41,745 nt of DNA from Gemmatimonadota bacterium (GCA_039933355.1 JBDTOH010000001.1:1-41745), one strand, 5' to 3'; positions 1-9,170 are shown, numbered from the stretch's first letter. Notes: a model not told the origin generated them from the sequence alone. Translations and numbers: made by a program.

Positions 1-156
1 GTCGGAAATCGGAAGTCGGAGGGATTGGCGCGACTGGGCAAGAGAGGCAGCGGAGGTGCCCGTGGCCTTGCCTCCCAAGCGGCCCCGATTCCGACTTCCG
101 ATTTCCGACTTCTGATCGCCAACTTCCTACTTCCCGCTTCCGATGCTACAATCCCC
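1..156. repeat. heptamer-periodic inverted repeat element, copy A (left arm cut by the window edge)
   Basis: Positions 1-20 (GTCGGAAATCGGAAGTCGGA) are the perfect reverse complement of 100-119. The right side continues as ~9 degenerate heptamers (CCGAYTT-like) over 94..156. It shares 13-nt and 17-nt identical blocks with the element at 13918..14000. Confidence 0.85.
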
Positions 157-195
157 GGTTCGGTAGCCTGTCGGTTCCTTTCACCTCCGTTACAA

Positions 196-1608
196 ATGGA
201 TTCTTCGTTCGTCTCTCGCAACCAGGACCGGATGCTCAAGGAGCTGACCGAGTTCCTGTCGATTCCGAGCATCAGCGCGCTGCCCAATCATGGGCGCGAT
301 TGCGCTCGCGCCGCTGCCTGGCTGGTTGATCACTTGAAACGGCTTGGGTGCCCGGTAGCCGAGGTGCTCGAAGACCGGGACCATCCTGTCGTGTGGGCCG
401 AAAGCCCGCGCGTCGATGGCGCGCCCACGCTGCTGATTTACGGCCACTACGACGTGCAGCCGGTCGATCCCGTCAGCGAGTGGGTCTCGCCCCCGTTCGA
501 GCCGACCCTCCGCGACGGCAAGCTCTACGCCCGCGGCGCCGCCGACGACAAGGGCCAAGTCTACTGCCTGCTCAAGGCGTACGAATCGGTGTTAGGCGCG
601 GACGGACTGCCGCCGGTGAACGTCAACTTTATCATCGAGGGCGAGGAAGAGAGCGGCGGCAGAGTCATCGAGGAGTTGCTGACCCGCGAGCCGGACCGGA
701 CCCGCGCCGACGCCGTCCTCGTCTGCGACATGGCCTACTTCGCGGAGGGAATACCGGCCGTCTACACCGCGCTCCGCGGGCTCTGCTACGCCGAGATCCA
801 TGTCCGCACCGCGGACCGCGATCTCCACTCGGGAACCTACGGCGGTGTCGCGCCGAACGCCCTCGAAACGCTGGTCCGCATCTTGGCCGGCCTCAAATCG
901 CGCTCCGGCGAGATCGAGATCCCCAAGCTCTACAAGTCGGTCAAGAAGCCGTCGAAACCCGAGGCGAAGGCGTGGAAGAAGCTCCCGTTCGACCAGAAGA
1001 AGTTCTTAGCGGAAGAGCTCACCGCGCGCGGTATGACCGGTATCAAAGACTACTCCGTTTTCGAGCGGACATGGGCCTTGCCTACCTTCGAGATCCACGG
1101 AATTCGGGGCGGCTTCGCCGGCGAGGGGGCGAAGACCGTGATCCCGGCCCAGGCTATGGCCAAGGTCAGCCTGCGACTCGTCCCGGGCCTGTCCTTCGAG
1201 AAGGTCGCCCGGTGGCTCACCCGCGCGATTGAAAAGCTGACGCCGAAGTTCGCCGAGGTGGAGGTCAAGATCCTCCATGGCGGTGATCCCGTGGAGGTCG
1301 ACGTGGGCGCTCCGGCGTTCGGCGTTCTCGACGACGCGTTCGAGGCGGTCGCGGGACGGCGAGCCGTGACGGTTCGCGCCGGCGGTTCGATCCCGGTGAT
1401 CCCGCTGCTCGCGATCTCCGGAGCACCGGTGATCCTGACCGGCATCGGGCTCCCGGACGATGGGCTCCACTCGCCTAACGAGAAGCTGAACCTGACCCAG
1501 TTGTGGGAAGGTGTGGACGTCTTTGGAAGGTTTCTCGAGGGGCTGCGGGCGGTTCGGGCCGACGAGGAGAAAGGGGAGAAGGAGGAGAAGCAGAAGGAGG
1601 AGTCTTAG
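196..1608 (+). CDS. M20 family metallopeptidase (dipeptidase; ArgE/DapE/ACY1/CPG2 family)
   Basis: The longest ORF (25..1608) begins at a TTG inside a repeat element. The homologous part starts at ATG 196 (MDSSFVSRNQ...). M20 hallmarks HYDVQP and ARGAADDKGQ are present. The C-terminal tail is Glu/Lys-rich. Confidence 0.85.
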   Translation: MDSSFVSRNQDRMLKELTEFLSIPSISALPNHGRDCARAAAWLVDHLKRLGCPVAEVLEDRDHPVVWAESPRVDGAPTLLIYGHYDVQPVDPVSEWVSPPFEPTLRDGKLYARGAADDKGQVYCLLKAYESVLGADGLPPVNVNFIIEGEEESGGRVIEELLTREPDRTRADAVLVCDMAYFAEGIPAVYTALRGLCYAEIHVRTADRDLHSGTYGGVAPNALETLVRILAGLKSRSGEIEIPKLYKSVKKPSKPEAKAWKKLPFDQKKFLAEELTARGMTGIKDYSVFERTWALPTFEIHGIRGGFAGEGAKTVIPAQAMAKVSLRLVPGLSFEKVARWLTRAIEKLTPKFAEVEVKILHGGDPVEVDVGAPAFGVLDDAFEAVAGRRAVTVRAGGSIPVIPLLAISGAPVILTGIGLPDDGLHSPNEKLNLTQLWEGVDVFGRFLEGLRAVRADEEKGEKEEKQKEES

Positions 1609-2147
1609 CTGTCCGCTCCCGGATTGGGCTTCTTGTACCCGCCCGAATAGCGCGCGTGCAGCTCGTCGACGCCGATCACCGCGCGGACCGAGGCGATGAT
1701 CCCCGCTACAACGTCGTCGGCCCAGTAGTCGTCGGGACGATCCTGGGCCGGGAGCTGCTTCGACTTCGTTTCCAGAAACCGGATGGCCGTGGCGATCCAG
1801 TCGTTCTGGGCCGTCTCGACCAATGACCATGATGCTGTCGCCCGAAGCTCGAGCTCCGACAGCTCCTCCAGCAGCTGACCGATTTCCTCCGTCACTTGCT
1901 GAGACCGCAGCCGCTCGGCGACGAGGGTGAGCGTCGTGCTGCGCTCGGTCTCTTGCGGCTCCGGCAATGGCGGCAGGTAGTGACGTTGGTCGGCCACCAT
2001 TTCGGCGAGCCGAACGCACACCGCCCGAATGGAGGGGGTCAGCGCCGCAGGGGCCTCCCTCGCCCAGCTGGCGGCGGCGCGGAGGATACTCCGGACCGTC
2101 TCGTCAGCCATTTCTACCAGCTTGCTGTGGTCCAGGGCGTTCGCCAT
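1605..2147 (-). CDS. hypothetical protein (180 aa, helical, no family recognised)
   Basis: The ORF is 1605..2264. The plausible start is ATG 2147 (MANALDHSKLVEM...). A TATATAC box ends 11 nt upstream and there is no Shine-Dalgarno. The stop overlaps the convergent peptidase stop by 4 nt. Confidence 0.55.
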   Translation of the reverse strand: MANALDHSKLVEMADETVRSILRAAASWAREAPAALTPSIRAVCVRLAEMVADQRHYLPPLPEPQETERSTTLTLVAERLRSQQVTEEIGQLLEELSELELRATASWSLVETAQNDWIATAIRFLETKSKQLPAQDRPDDYWADDVVAGIIASVRAVIGVDELHARYSGGYKKPNPGADS

Positions 2148-2150
2148 AAG

Positions 2151-2164
2151 GCGAGAAGTATATA
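2151..2164 (-). promoter_or_regulatory. TATATACTTCTCGC box (candidate -10 region; near-leaderless start of the 1605..2147 gene)
   Basis: The minus strand reads CCC-T-TATATACTTCTCGC-CTT-ATG, so the TATATA hexamer ends 11 nt before the ATG. No SD is present. The 14-mer is identical to the one at 16847..16860. Confidence 0.45.
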
Positions 2165-2200
2165 AGGGAGGAGGGACAGCGGAGGAGGGGGGGTAGGGCC

Positions 2201-2818
2201 TTATTTCCTTGGTCCCCGCCGCATTCGAACCGGATCGGCACGGCCGTACCGCTCTTCGGCCCATGGATCGCCCCTCATATGATAGCCGTTCTGCTCCCAG
2301 AAACCCGGCGTATCCTCCTCGATGAGCTCAAACCCGGTCAGCCATTTGGCGCTCTTCCAGAAATAGAGATGGGGGACCAGGAGTCGTACCGGGCCTCCAT
2401 GCTCGGGCGTGAGCGGCTCGCCGTTGTGCGCGAGCGCGACGAGGTTGGCGGGGCGGTCGAGATCCTCGATCGGCAGGTTGGTGGTGTAGTCGCCGGCACC
2501 GTGAACCAGGACGGTCGTAGCCTCCGGCTTGGGCTTCGCCCGCTCGATCAGCGACCGGACCGGGATTCCCTCGAACACGTTGTCGAAGCGGCTCCACCGG
2601 GTAACGCAATGGATGTCGCAGAGCGACTCCTGCTTGGGAAGCGCGTTCAGTTCCTCAAAGGATAGGGAGAAAGGGTTTTCGACCAGCCCATACACCTCAA
2701 AGCGCCACTGGGCCGGATCGATGATCGGAACGTGGCCATAGTGGAGCACCGGCCATTTCTGAGTTTGAATCTGACCCGGTGGTAAACGCCGGGTGGACGG
2801 ACGGGCATCGAGGCGCAT
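2201..2818 (-). CDS. molybdopterin-dependent oxidoreductase, sulfite-oxidase-like catalytic domain (YedY/MsrP-like fold)
   Basis: 205 aa with an ATG start. It carries the conserved Mo-ligand cysteine context IHCVTRWSR and the C-terminal WEQNGYH motif typical of the oxidoreductase molybdopterin-binding family. Confidence 0.8.
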   Translation of the reverse strand: MRLDARPSTRRLPPGQIQTQKWPVLHYGHVPIIDPAQWRFEVYGLVENPFSLSFEELNALPKQESLCDIHCVTRWSRFDNVFEGIPVRSLIERAKPKPEATTVLVHGAGDYTTNLPIEDLDRPANLVALAHNGEPLTPEHGGPVRLLVPHLYFWKSAKWLTGFELIEEDTPGFWEQNGYHMRGDPWAEERYGRADPVRMRRGPRK

Positions 2819-2823
2819 GGAGA

Positions 2824-2979
2824 AGGGCTAGGGTTTAGGGCTTAGGAGCTTAAGGTTTAGAGCCTGGCAAATAGCGATGAGCATCAGACAACAAAATAAC
2901 GCTCTCTCTCCGCTGCCGGTTCCCACGTGGGTCAAACCCTGAGCCCGAGGCCCTAAGCCCTGTGCCCTAAGTCCTTCTC
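2824..2979. repeat. heptamer-periodic inverted repeat (GGGYTTA-type arms around a ~70-nt lower-GC core)
   Basis: The left tract 2824..2865 has ~6 units (AGGGCTA GGGTTTA GGGCTTA GGAGCTT...). The right tract 2938..2979 has ~6 complementary units (CCTGAGC CCGAGGC CCTAAGC CCTGTGC CCTAAGT). The best perfect pairing is AGGGCTTAGG/CCTAAGCCCT. The core contains the palindrome CCCACGTGGG. Confidence 0.8.
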
Positions 2980-4212
2980 CGAAAACCGCGCTACGATCGC
3001 CGTCACCCCCATGTCCCCCGTGACGTTGAGCACCGTGGCGAACAGGTCCGGGATCGCGTCCACCGCGATCAGGATTCCGATCCCGGCAGGCGGCAGCCCG
3101 ATCTGGACGAACAGCGGGGTCAGCATCAGGAAGGCGCCTCGCGGCACGCCGGGGGTCGCGAAGCTCAGCACCACGGCCGCGAACGCGATCGTCGCGATTT
3201 GGGCCAGGCCCAGGTCGACGCCGTAGAACCACGCGATGAATGTCGATCCCACCATCCACGACACTGGCGCCGCGTACTTGAAGGTCGAGACGGCGAGCGG
3301 CAGAACGAACCGGGTCACCGGCTTCGGAAGAGCCAGCTCCCCCTCGGCACCTTCTGTGAGCGCCGGCAGCGAGGCGATCGAGGAGCTCGAGCTGAACGCG
3401 ATCAGTTGGGCCGGCAGGGTCGCCTTGGCGAAACGAGCCATCGGAACCCGACCAAGCAGCGCGACAATCGGGTAGGTCAGCAGCACGAAGACCAGCGAAG
3501 CCACCGAATACGCCAGGATGTAGCCGCCGAGCGCGCCGGCGACTGCGATCCCCGTCGTCGCCGTGATAGAGAACATGAGTGCGAACACGCCGATCGGCGC
3601 CAGCGCGATCACCCCTCGCACCAAGGTCAGCATCGTCTCGGAGAGCGCTCGAAAGAATCCTAGAAGAGTCGCCCGCGACTCCGGCGGGCTCTTCGCTACG
3701 GCAAGTGCGAACAGCACCACGAAGATGATGAGCGGCACCATGGCGCCGTCGGCGGCGGCACGAAACGGGTTGGTGGGGAGGAGGCCCGTGATCCACTCGG
3801 CGGCTGTCGGGACTTGGCTCACGCCGCTGGCAATCTGTCCGGCCGCCTCTGCCGCCCCGGGGGGGAGCGCGGCGGGTGCTTCTGCGCGATGAGGAAGCAG
3901 CTTGATCGCCTGGAGAGCGACCAGACCCATCAAGACGGCGTTCATCGTCCCGAGACCGATGAACGCGACCAGCGTTCGTCCGCCGAGCCGGCCGACATCC
4001 TTGAGATCGTTGGCCGACGCGACACCGGTCACCAGCAGCGAAATGACCAGTGGGATGACCGTCATCCGAATGGCATTGACCCAGAGGGCGCCGACGGGCG
4101 CAAGGCCTCCGGCCAGCTTTTGGCCGAAGCTGCTACCGGACCACGCCACTATCCCGCCCAGAACGAGGCCGAGGAGCAGCGCGAAGACCACGAGTCGAGT
4201 TCCCTTCATCAC
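2953..4212 (-). CDS. dicarboxylate/amino acid:cation symporter (DAACS family, GltP/DctA-like)
   Basis: 419 aa polytopic membrane protein with a sodium:dicarboxylate symporter family sequence pattern throughout. The last ~8 codons lie inside the heptamer repeat arm at 2938..2979. Confidence 0.85.
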   Translation of the reverse strand: MMKGTRLVVFALLLGLVLGGIVAWSGSSFGQKLAGGLAPVGALWVNAIRMTVIPLVISLLVTGVASANDLKDVGRLGGRTLVAFIGLGTMNAVLMGLVALQAIKLLPHRAEAPAALPPGAAEAAGQIASGVSQVPTAAEWITGLLPTNPFRAAADGAMVPLIIFVVLFALAVAKSPPESRATLLGFFRALSETMLTLVRGVIALAPIGVFALMFSITATTGIAVAGALGGYILAYSVASLVFVLLTYPIVALLGRVPMARFAKATLPAQLIAFSSSSSIASLPALTEGAEGELALPKPVTRFVLPLAVSTFKYAAPVSWMVGSTFIAWFYGVDLGLAQIATIAFAAVVLSFATPGVPRGAFLMLTPLFVQIGLPPAGIGILIAVDAIPDLFATVLNVTGDMGVTAIVARFSEKDLGHRA

Positions 4213-4239
4213 GCCCCTCTCTCGAGCTGAGCCGGCGAC

Positions 4240-4983
4240 CTACATCATGAGGTCGCCGCCGTTGATGTCGAATGAGGCGCCCGTGATGTATCCAGCGGCC
4301 TCCGACGCGATGAAGCAGACGAGGTCCGCCACCTCTACCGGTTGTCCGAGCCGCGGCACGGGATAGGCCGCGGCGAGTCGCTGGAGCAGGTCCGGGCTCG
4401 CGTGCTCACGAGTGAGCTCCGTGTCGATCATGCCCGGGCAGACCGCGTTCACCGTGATCCCGTAGCTGCCCAGCTCCTTGGCCGACGCCCGCGTGAGTCC
4501 GACCAGACCGGTCTTCGATGCCGTGTAGTGGGCTCCCCCGAGCGTGCTGACCTGACGGCCGGCGGTGGAGGAGATGTTGATGACCCGGCCGAACTGCTGG
4601 CGCCGCATGGATGGAACGACGGCCTGCGTCAGCAGAAACGGCGCCGTCATGTTCACCTCGAGCACCCGCCTCCACTCGTCGGCCGAGATCTTCTCGAACC
4701 GGGTGCCTAACGCGAGCGCCGCGTTGTTGACGAGGATGTCGATCTTGCCCGCTTCCTCGAGCACCTTGTCGACCATGGCCCTGAGCGCCGCCTGGTCCTC
4801 GAGATCGGCGGGAGCCGCGATCGCGCCCGGGCCCAGGCTGGCGGCGAGCGCGTCGGCCCGCGCAGGATCCCGTACGTTCACGGCGACCCGCGCCCCCCGG
4901 GCCAGCAGCCGCTCCGCCACGGCTCGGCCGAGGCCTCGCGCCGCTCCCGTGACGAGAGCGACGCGGCCGGAGAAGTCGTCCAT
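4240..4983 (-). CDS. SDR family oxidoreductase (3-oxoacyl-ACP reductase FabG-like)
   Basis: 247 aa. It has the TGAARGLG cofactor motif, NNAA, and the catalytic YTASK (YxxxK). Confidence 0.85.
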   Translation of the reverse strand: MDDFSGRVALVTGAARGLGRAVAERLLARGARVAVNVRDPARADALAASLGPGAIAAPADLEDQAALRAMVDKVLEEAGKIDILVNNAALALGTRFEKISADEWRRVLEVNMTAPFLLTQAVVPSMRRQQFGRVINISSTAGRQVSTLGGAHYTASKTGLVGLTRASAKELGSYGITVNAVCPGMIDTELTREHASPDLLQRLAAAYPVPRLGQPVEVADLVCFIASEAAGYITGASFDINGGDLMM

Positions 4984-4986
4984 CGG

Positions 4987-7900
4987 TTAGTGCTCGCCCG
5001 CGGCGGGCTTGGGAGTCTCGGTGAGACCGTATGGCGCGTCGGTCTTCTTCTGGCGCGGCCACAGCTCGTCCATCGTGTTGCCGTCGTAGAGCCGACCGTT
5101 TTTCATCACCCAGGTGATGGTGTTGGTGTTCTGGATGTTGTCGAGCGGGTTCTTGTCCATGACGATCAAGTCCGCGAGCTTGCCCGGCTCGAGCGAGCCG
5201 AGATCGCCGTCCAGGCCTAACGATTGGGCGCCGGCCAGCGTGGCCATCCGGAGCACGTCGTGGTTCGGCATTCCGCCCGACGCCACCGACCGAAGCTCCC
5301 AGTGGTATCCGAGCCCTTGGAACTCGCCGTGGCTCCCGATGCCGATCTTGCCGCCCATCTTCACGATGTCCGCCGCGACCTTCGCGGTCTGGGGGAAGAT
5401 CCACTCGTCGTCCATGAACCAGCCGCCGGGACCGGGGCCGACGCCCTGGCCGCGGCGGCGAGTCTTGGAGGCCAGCTCTTCGTACGGCATGAACCGGCGG
5501 ATCTTGGGATCGTTATAGGGCTTGTCGTGGATGAAGTAGTAGTCTTCGCCCCACGGCCCGCCATATTGCACGATGAGAGTCGGCGTGTACTCGATGCCGG
5601 ACTTCGCGTACATCGTCACGACATCCTTGTAGAGCGGGACGGTCGGAGTGGCGTGCTCCTGACCCGGATAGCCGTCGACCAGCATCGTCAGGTCGTACTT
5701 GGTATCGATCGATCCTTCGGTCGTCGGCATGATGTTGTTTTCACGGGCCGCCATGATCACCCATTGGCGCACCTGACGATTTCCCTTGACGTACATCTTG
5801 ATGTACTTGGTGTCCCAGTACTGGCTGTACTTCTTCATGACCTTACGAGCATGATCGAGATCGCGGATCTGCTCCTGCCAATAGCCGACACCCGTGCTGG
5901 TGGAGTAGATCCTCGGCCCGATCATCTGGCCGGCGTCCACCGCATCGCCGTATGAGACGACGTCGCTGGCTCCGGTCTGGGGATCCCGGGTCGTGGTCAC
6001 GCCGTACGCCAGGTTCGCCAGATACATCCAGGGCTGCTGTTTGTGGAGGCCCCAGGTGGGCCACATGTGCGAGTGGGTATCGATAAAGCCCGGCACGATG
6101 GTCTTCCCCGACACGTCCATGACCTTGGCGCCACTCGGCGCCTCTCCCCGCGGCCCCACGCTCACGATTCGGTTGTTGCGGACCACAAGGTCGGCATTCT
6201 CGACCACCTCCGAGCCGCGCATGGTGATCACCCGCGCTCCTCGAAGCACGACGGTGCCTTGTGGAATGTCGAGCGGGGCCCGAATCACGATCTTGGTTTC
6301 GACCGGCTCGAACGTCCGCTTCGAGAGTGAATCGGTCCGCGCCTTGCCCGCTGCGGTGGTGTCCCCCTCGAGCGCCTTCTTGTCCGCCTCGATCTTCCGA
6401 TCGAATGCCCGAGCCGAGTCGAGGTCATACGTGAAGAACGCGCTGCCTAAGCTCCAATGGATCTTCTTGCCGTCGGAGCTCCAGGTGGGGAACTCACCGC
6501 CGATATCCGTGAGGCGGCGGGCAGGGACGGTTGCCGCCTTTGGATCCTGAATCGAAACCGTCGGCGCCTCGCCTCCCACCTGCGGCACGGTCACGACATA
6601 GACGTCGAACCCGCTTTGGATCAGCGCTTGGTCGCCGGTCGGTCCCATTACGGCGACGTCGGCCGGACCGGGCTTCTCCTGGTTGAGGAGCATCGGCGCC
6701 GTCACCTTGAGATAGCGTTTTTGATCGGTTCCATCCCACCGAACCGAGACGAGCCCGCTGTCGCCGGCCCAGAGATAGATCCGGTTCGGGTCCCGCGTGA
6801 AGTGCGGGTTACCGCGGCCGAAGGTCGGCGTGATCAGCGTGGTCGCCCCGCCATTCGCCGGAACCGAGATGAGATCGACGTTGGTGCCGGGCGCGCCGGG
6901 CCCGTCTTCGAGCCGGCGCGGCTCCGCGGGGCCACGGATCACCGCGAGGCGGGTGCCGTCGGGTGCCCATGCGGGCTGCGTGTACGTCGCCTTCTCCGTC
7001 ACGAGCGCGACCGGCGCGCCGGTGCCGTCCGCGCGCGTCTTGTAGACGGTGCCGCCCTCCTTTTGCCAGCTCACGTACCCGACCCATTGACCGTCGGGAG
7101 ACCAGGTCGGCTCGGCCTCGATCATATCGAGCTTGGTGAGCCGCCGGGGCGTCCCGTTAGGCAGGTCCATGAGATAGAGCCGGTCGAGCCCGGTGAACAC
7201 GAGCTGCTTCCCGTCGGGCGACGGAACGGCGTCTCGAATCTGGTGAATCGAGAACTGAGCGCTGTCGCGGATCGGATACTTGAACGCGACCTCGGGCCCC
7301 AGGTCCATCTTCGTCTGGACCCGGAACGGCACCGCGCTCGGCGCGCCGCCGTCGATCGGCACCCGCCAGATCTTGCCGCCGTACGTCGTCACCAGCTCCT
7401 TCGAGTCCGGCGTGAACGACATCCCCGGGTAGGCGTCGCGGCTCGGAATCGCTTCCTGATCGTCGCGCTGGACCGGATAGGCCAGCCACTTCTCGTCGCC
7501 CGACTTCATGTCGCGGAGGACGAGGCCGGTCTTGGTCTCGAACCGAGTGGCGTACACCATCCACTTACCATCGGGCGAGAGCGTCGGCCGGATCGCGGAG
7601 CCGAACCGCGACGTCCGAGTCTCGCGGAGCCCGGTCTCGCGATCGTACACCGCGATCTGGTACTGAGGGAAGATTGCGTTGTACTGCCACGCTCCCTGGC
7701 GCTGCGCGTACCAGATATAGCGGCCGTCCGGACCGAAAGCCGCGCCGGTTGTCATCCCGTTCTCGGGCGTCTTGATGAGCTGAATTCCGGAGCCACCGTC
7801 GATGTGGAACATCCAGAGCTTCGCCGGCTTGAACACGATGTCGCCCACGCTCGCGACGATGTATTTCCCGTCCGGCGTCCACTCGGGCGACTGGATGATC

Positions 7901-8304
7901 TTGTCCCTGAGCTTCGTGATCTGGCGGGTCTCTTTGGTCTCGAGATTCATGACCCAGACGTTTTCCGCGCCATCCCGATCGGACGTGTAGACGATCCACT
8001 TGCCGTCGGGGCTCACCCGGGGCTGACCCTCGAACGCCATCCCGGTCGCGATGGCGGTCGCCGTGCCGCCCGTGAGCGGGATGCTATAGATGTCGCCGAG
8101 CAGGTCGAAGTAGACGGTCCTGCCGTCCGGGGAGACATCGACCGAGATCCACGATCCCTCGTCGGTATCGATGTCGACGGTTCGCGCTGCCGCCAGCGGA
8201 AGGTCTTTCTTCTTGGATGTGTCCGGTTTCGCGCCCTGCTGAGCTGCCGCAGACGTCGCGACGGCACCGAGCGTGACCAGACCCAGCACGACAGAGCGCT
8301 TCAT
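4987..8304 (-). CDS. secreted amidohydrolase family protein with N-terminal TolB-like (PD40/WD40-like) beta-propeller repeats
   Basis: The ORF extends to 8706, but the homologous protein starts at ATG 8304 (MKRSVVLGLVTLGAVATSAAAQ, a signal peptide) with an upstream GAGG. It has repeated SPDGK/TPDGK propeller motifs and a C-terminal metal-dependent hydrolase HxH motif (FIDTHSHMW). Confidence 0.8.
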   Translation of the reverse strand: MKRSVVLGLVTLGAVATSAAAQQGAKPDTSKKKDLPLAAARTVDIDTDEGSWISVDVSPDGRTVYFDLLGDIYSIPLTGGTATAIATGMAFEGQPRVSPDGKWIVYTSDRDGAENVWVMNLETKETRQITKLRDKIIQSPEWTPDGKYIVASVGDIVFKPAKLWMFHIDGGSGIQLIKTPENGMTTGAAFGPDGRYIWYAQRQGAWQYNAIFPQYQIAVYDRETGLRETRTSRFGSAIRPTLSPDGKWMVYATRFETKTGLVLRDMKSGDEKWLAYPVQRDDQEAIPSRDAYPGMSFTPDSKELVTTYGGKIWRVPIDGGAPSAVPFRVQTKMDLGPEVAFKYPIRDSAQFSIHQIRDAVPSPDGKQLVFTGLDRLYLMDLPNGTPRRLTKLDMIEAEPTWSPDGQWVGYVSWQKEGGTVYKTRADGTGAPVALVTEKATYTQPAWAPDGTRLAVIRGPAEPRRLEDGPGAPGTNVDLISVPANGGATTLITPTFGRGNPHFTRDPNRIYLWAGDSGLVSVRWDGTDQKRYLKVTAPMLLNQEKPGPADVAVMGPTGDQALIQSGFDVYVVTVPQVGGEAPTVSIQDPKAATVPARRLTDIGGEFPTWSSDGKKIHWSLGSAFFTYDLDSARAFDRKIEADKKALEGDTTAAGKARTDSLSKRTFEPVETKIVIRAPLDIPQGTVVLRGARVITMRGSEVVENADLVVRNNRIVSVGPRGEAPSGAKVMDVSGKTIVPGFIDTHSHMWPTWGLHKQQPWMYLANLAYGVTTTRDPQTGASDVVSYGDAVDAGQMIGPRIYSTSTGVGYWQEQIRDLDHARKVMKKYSQYWDTKYIKMYVKGNRQVRQWVIMAARENNIMPTTEGSIDTKYDLTMLVDGYPGQEHATPTVPLYKDVVTMYAKSGIEYTPTLIVQYGGPWGEDYYFIHDKPYNDPKIRRFMPYEELASKTRRRGQGVGPGPGGWFMDDEWIFPQTAKVAADIVKMGGKIGIGSHGEFQGLGYHWELRSVASGGMPNHDVLRMATLAGAQSLGLDGDLGSLEPGKLADLIVMDKNPLDNIQNTNTITWVMKNGRLYDGNTMDELWPRQKKTDAPYGLTETPKPAAGEH

Positions 8305-8456
8305 ACGTTCCCCGCCTCTTGGGCTTTGGATGGGTTGATCTGATGATGACGTTTTGACCGGGAGCGACGCGTCGGTTCCCGGCAATCCGACGCTGTACCG
8401 AACGAAATGGTTGCAGACAAGATACTCCAAAGCGGGATGGGACGCGGCCCGGTGCT

Positions 8457-9170
8457 TCAGCCGGTCTTCGCGTCGGGGGCGTACGACGGCACCTCGGGCT
8501 CGAACCGAACCTCTCGCTCGAAGACCACGCCGAACGCCCGCGCCGTCTCCGCCCGTACCCGCTCGGCGAGGTCGGGCCGGTTCTCCGAGGGGGCTTCCCG
8601 CGCGATGCTCGTCATCGTCACCCCGTGAATGCCGCACGGGACGATGAGGTCGAAGAGAGACAGGTCGGTCGTCACGTTGAGCGCGAATCCATGGAATGTC
8701 ACCCATTGCTTCACGTGGATGCCGATGCTCGCGATCTTCCGGTCCCGCGTCCAGACGCCCGTGAGCCCCGCCCTCCGCTCCGCCGGGATGCCAAAGGCTC
8801 CCACAGACTGAATCAGGGTCTCCTCGAGCTGCCGGAGGTACCAGTGGAGATCCTTGCGATGGTGCGCGAGATCGAGGATCGGATAGCCGACCAGTTGGCC
8901 CGGCGCATGAAGGGTGACGTCCCCTCCGCGCTCCACCTCGAACACTTCGACGCCGCGCCGGGTCAAGAGATCGGGTGCGAGCGGCAGGCTGGTGGCCTTC
9001 GTGCTTCGGCCCAGCGTGATGACGGGATCGTGCTCCACCATGAGCAGGACATCGCGGTCGAGCCGGCCGTCGATCCGTGCCCGGCAGAGCTCGCGCTGAA
9101 GCTCGAGCACCTCGCCATACCGGCGCCGGCCGAGGTCCACCGCGACGATGGCGGTCAGGCCGGTCTCCAC
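8457..9170 (-). CDS. lipB: lipoyl(octanoyl) transferase
   Basis: Motifs RGGDVTLHAPGQLVGYPI and the catalytic IVPCGIHG are present. The ORF runs to 9647, but homology starts near GTG 9170 (VETGLTAIVAVDLG), which overlaps the upstream gene stop by 16 nt. The start is uncertain by about 30 nt. Confidence 0.8.
   Translation of the reverse strand: METGLTAIVAVDLGRRRYGEVLELQRELCRARIDGRLDRDVLLMVEHDPVITLGRSTKATSLPLAPDLLTRRGVEVFEVERGGDVTLHAPGQLVGYPILDLAHHRKDLHWYLRQLEETLIQSVGAFGIPAERRAGLTGVWTRDRKIASIGIHVKQWVTFHGFALNVTTDLSLFDLIVPCGIHGVTMTSIAREAPSENRPDLAERVRAETARAFGVVFEREVRFEPEVPSYAPDAKTG

Noticed and set aside
1561-1603. A ~43-nt polypurine tract lies at the 3' end of the peptidase gene.
   Set aside because: It encodes a Glu/Lys-rich C-terminal tail (DEEKGEKEEKQKEE). 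There is no mirror symmetry or other evidence for a DNA-level role.
6457-8343. A 628-aa plus-strand ORF lies antisense to the amidohydrolase gene. Similar cases are 35502..37175, 32932..34059, 348..1232, 1006..2019, 4406..5404, 10403..11473 and 18727..19920.
   Set aside because: These ORFs are Arg/Pro/Gly-rich with no recognisable motifs. They lie opposite or out of frame to genes with clear homology. Long stop-free antisense frames are expected at this GC content.
8358-8382. Hairpins CCGGGAGCGACGCGTCGGTTCCCGG (after lipB) and CCGCCC-N7-GGGCGG (38835..38853) as intrinsic terminators.
   Set aside because: The stems are short, neither has a U/T tract on either strand, and such GC hairpins arise frequently by chance at this composition.
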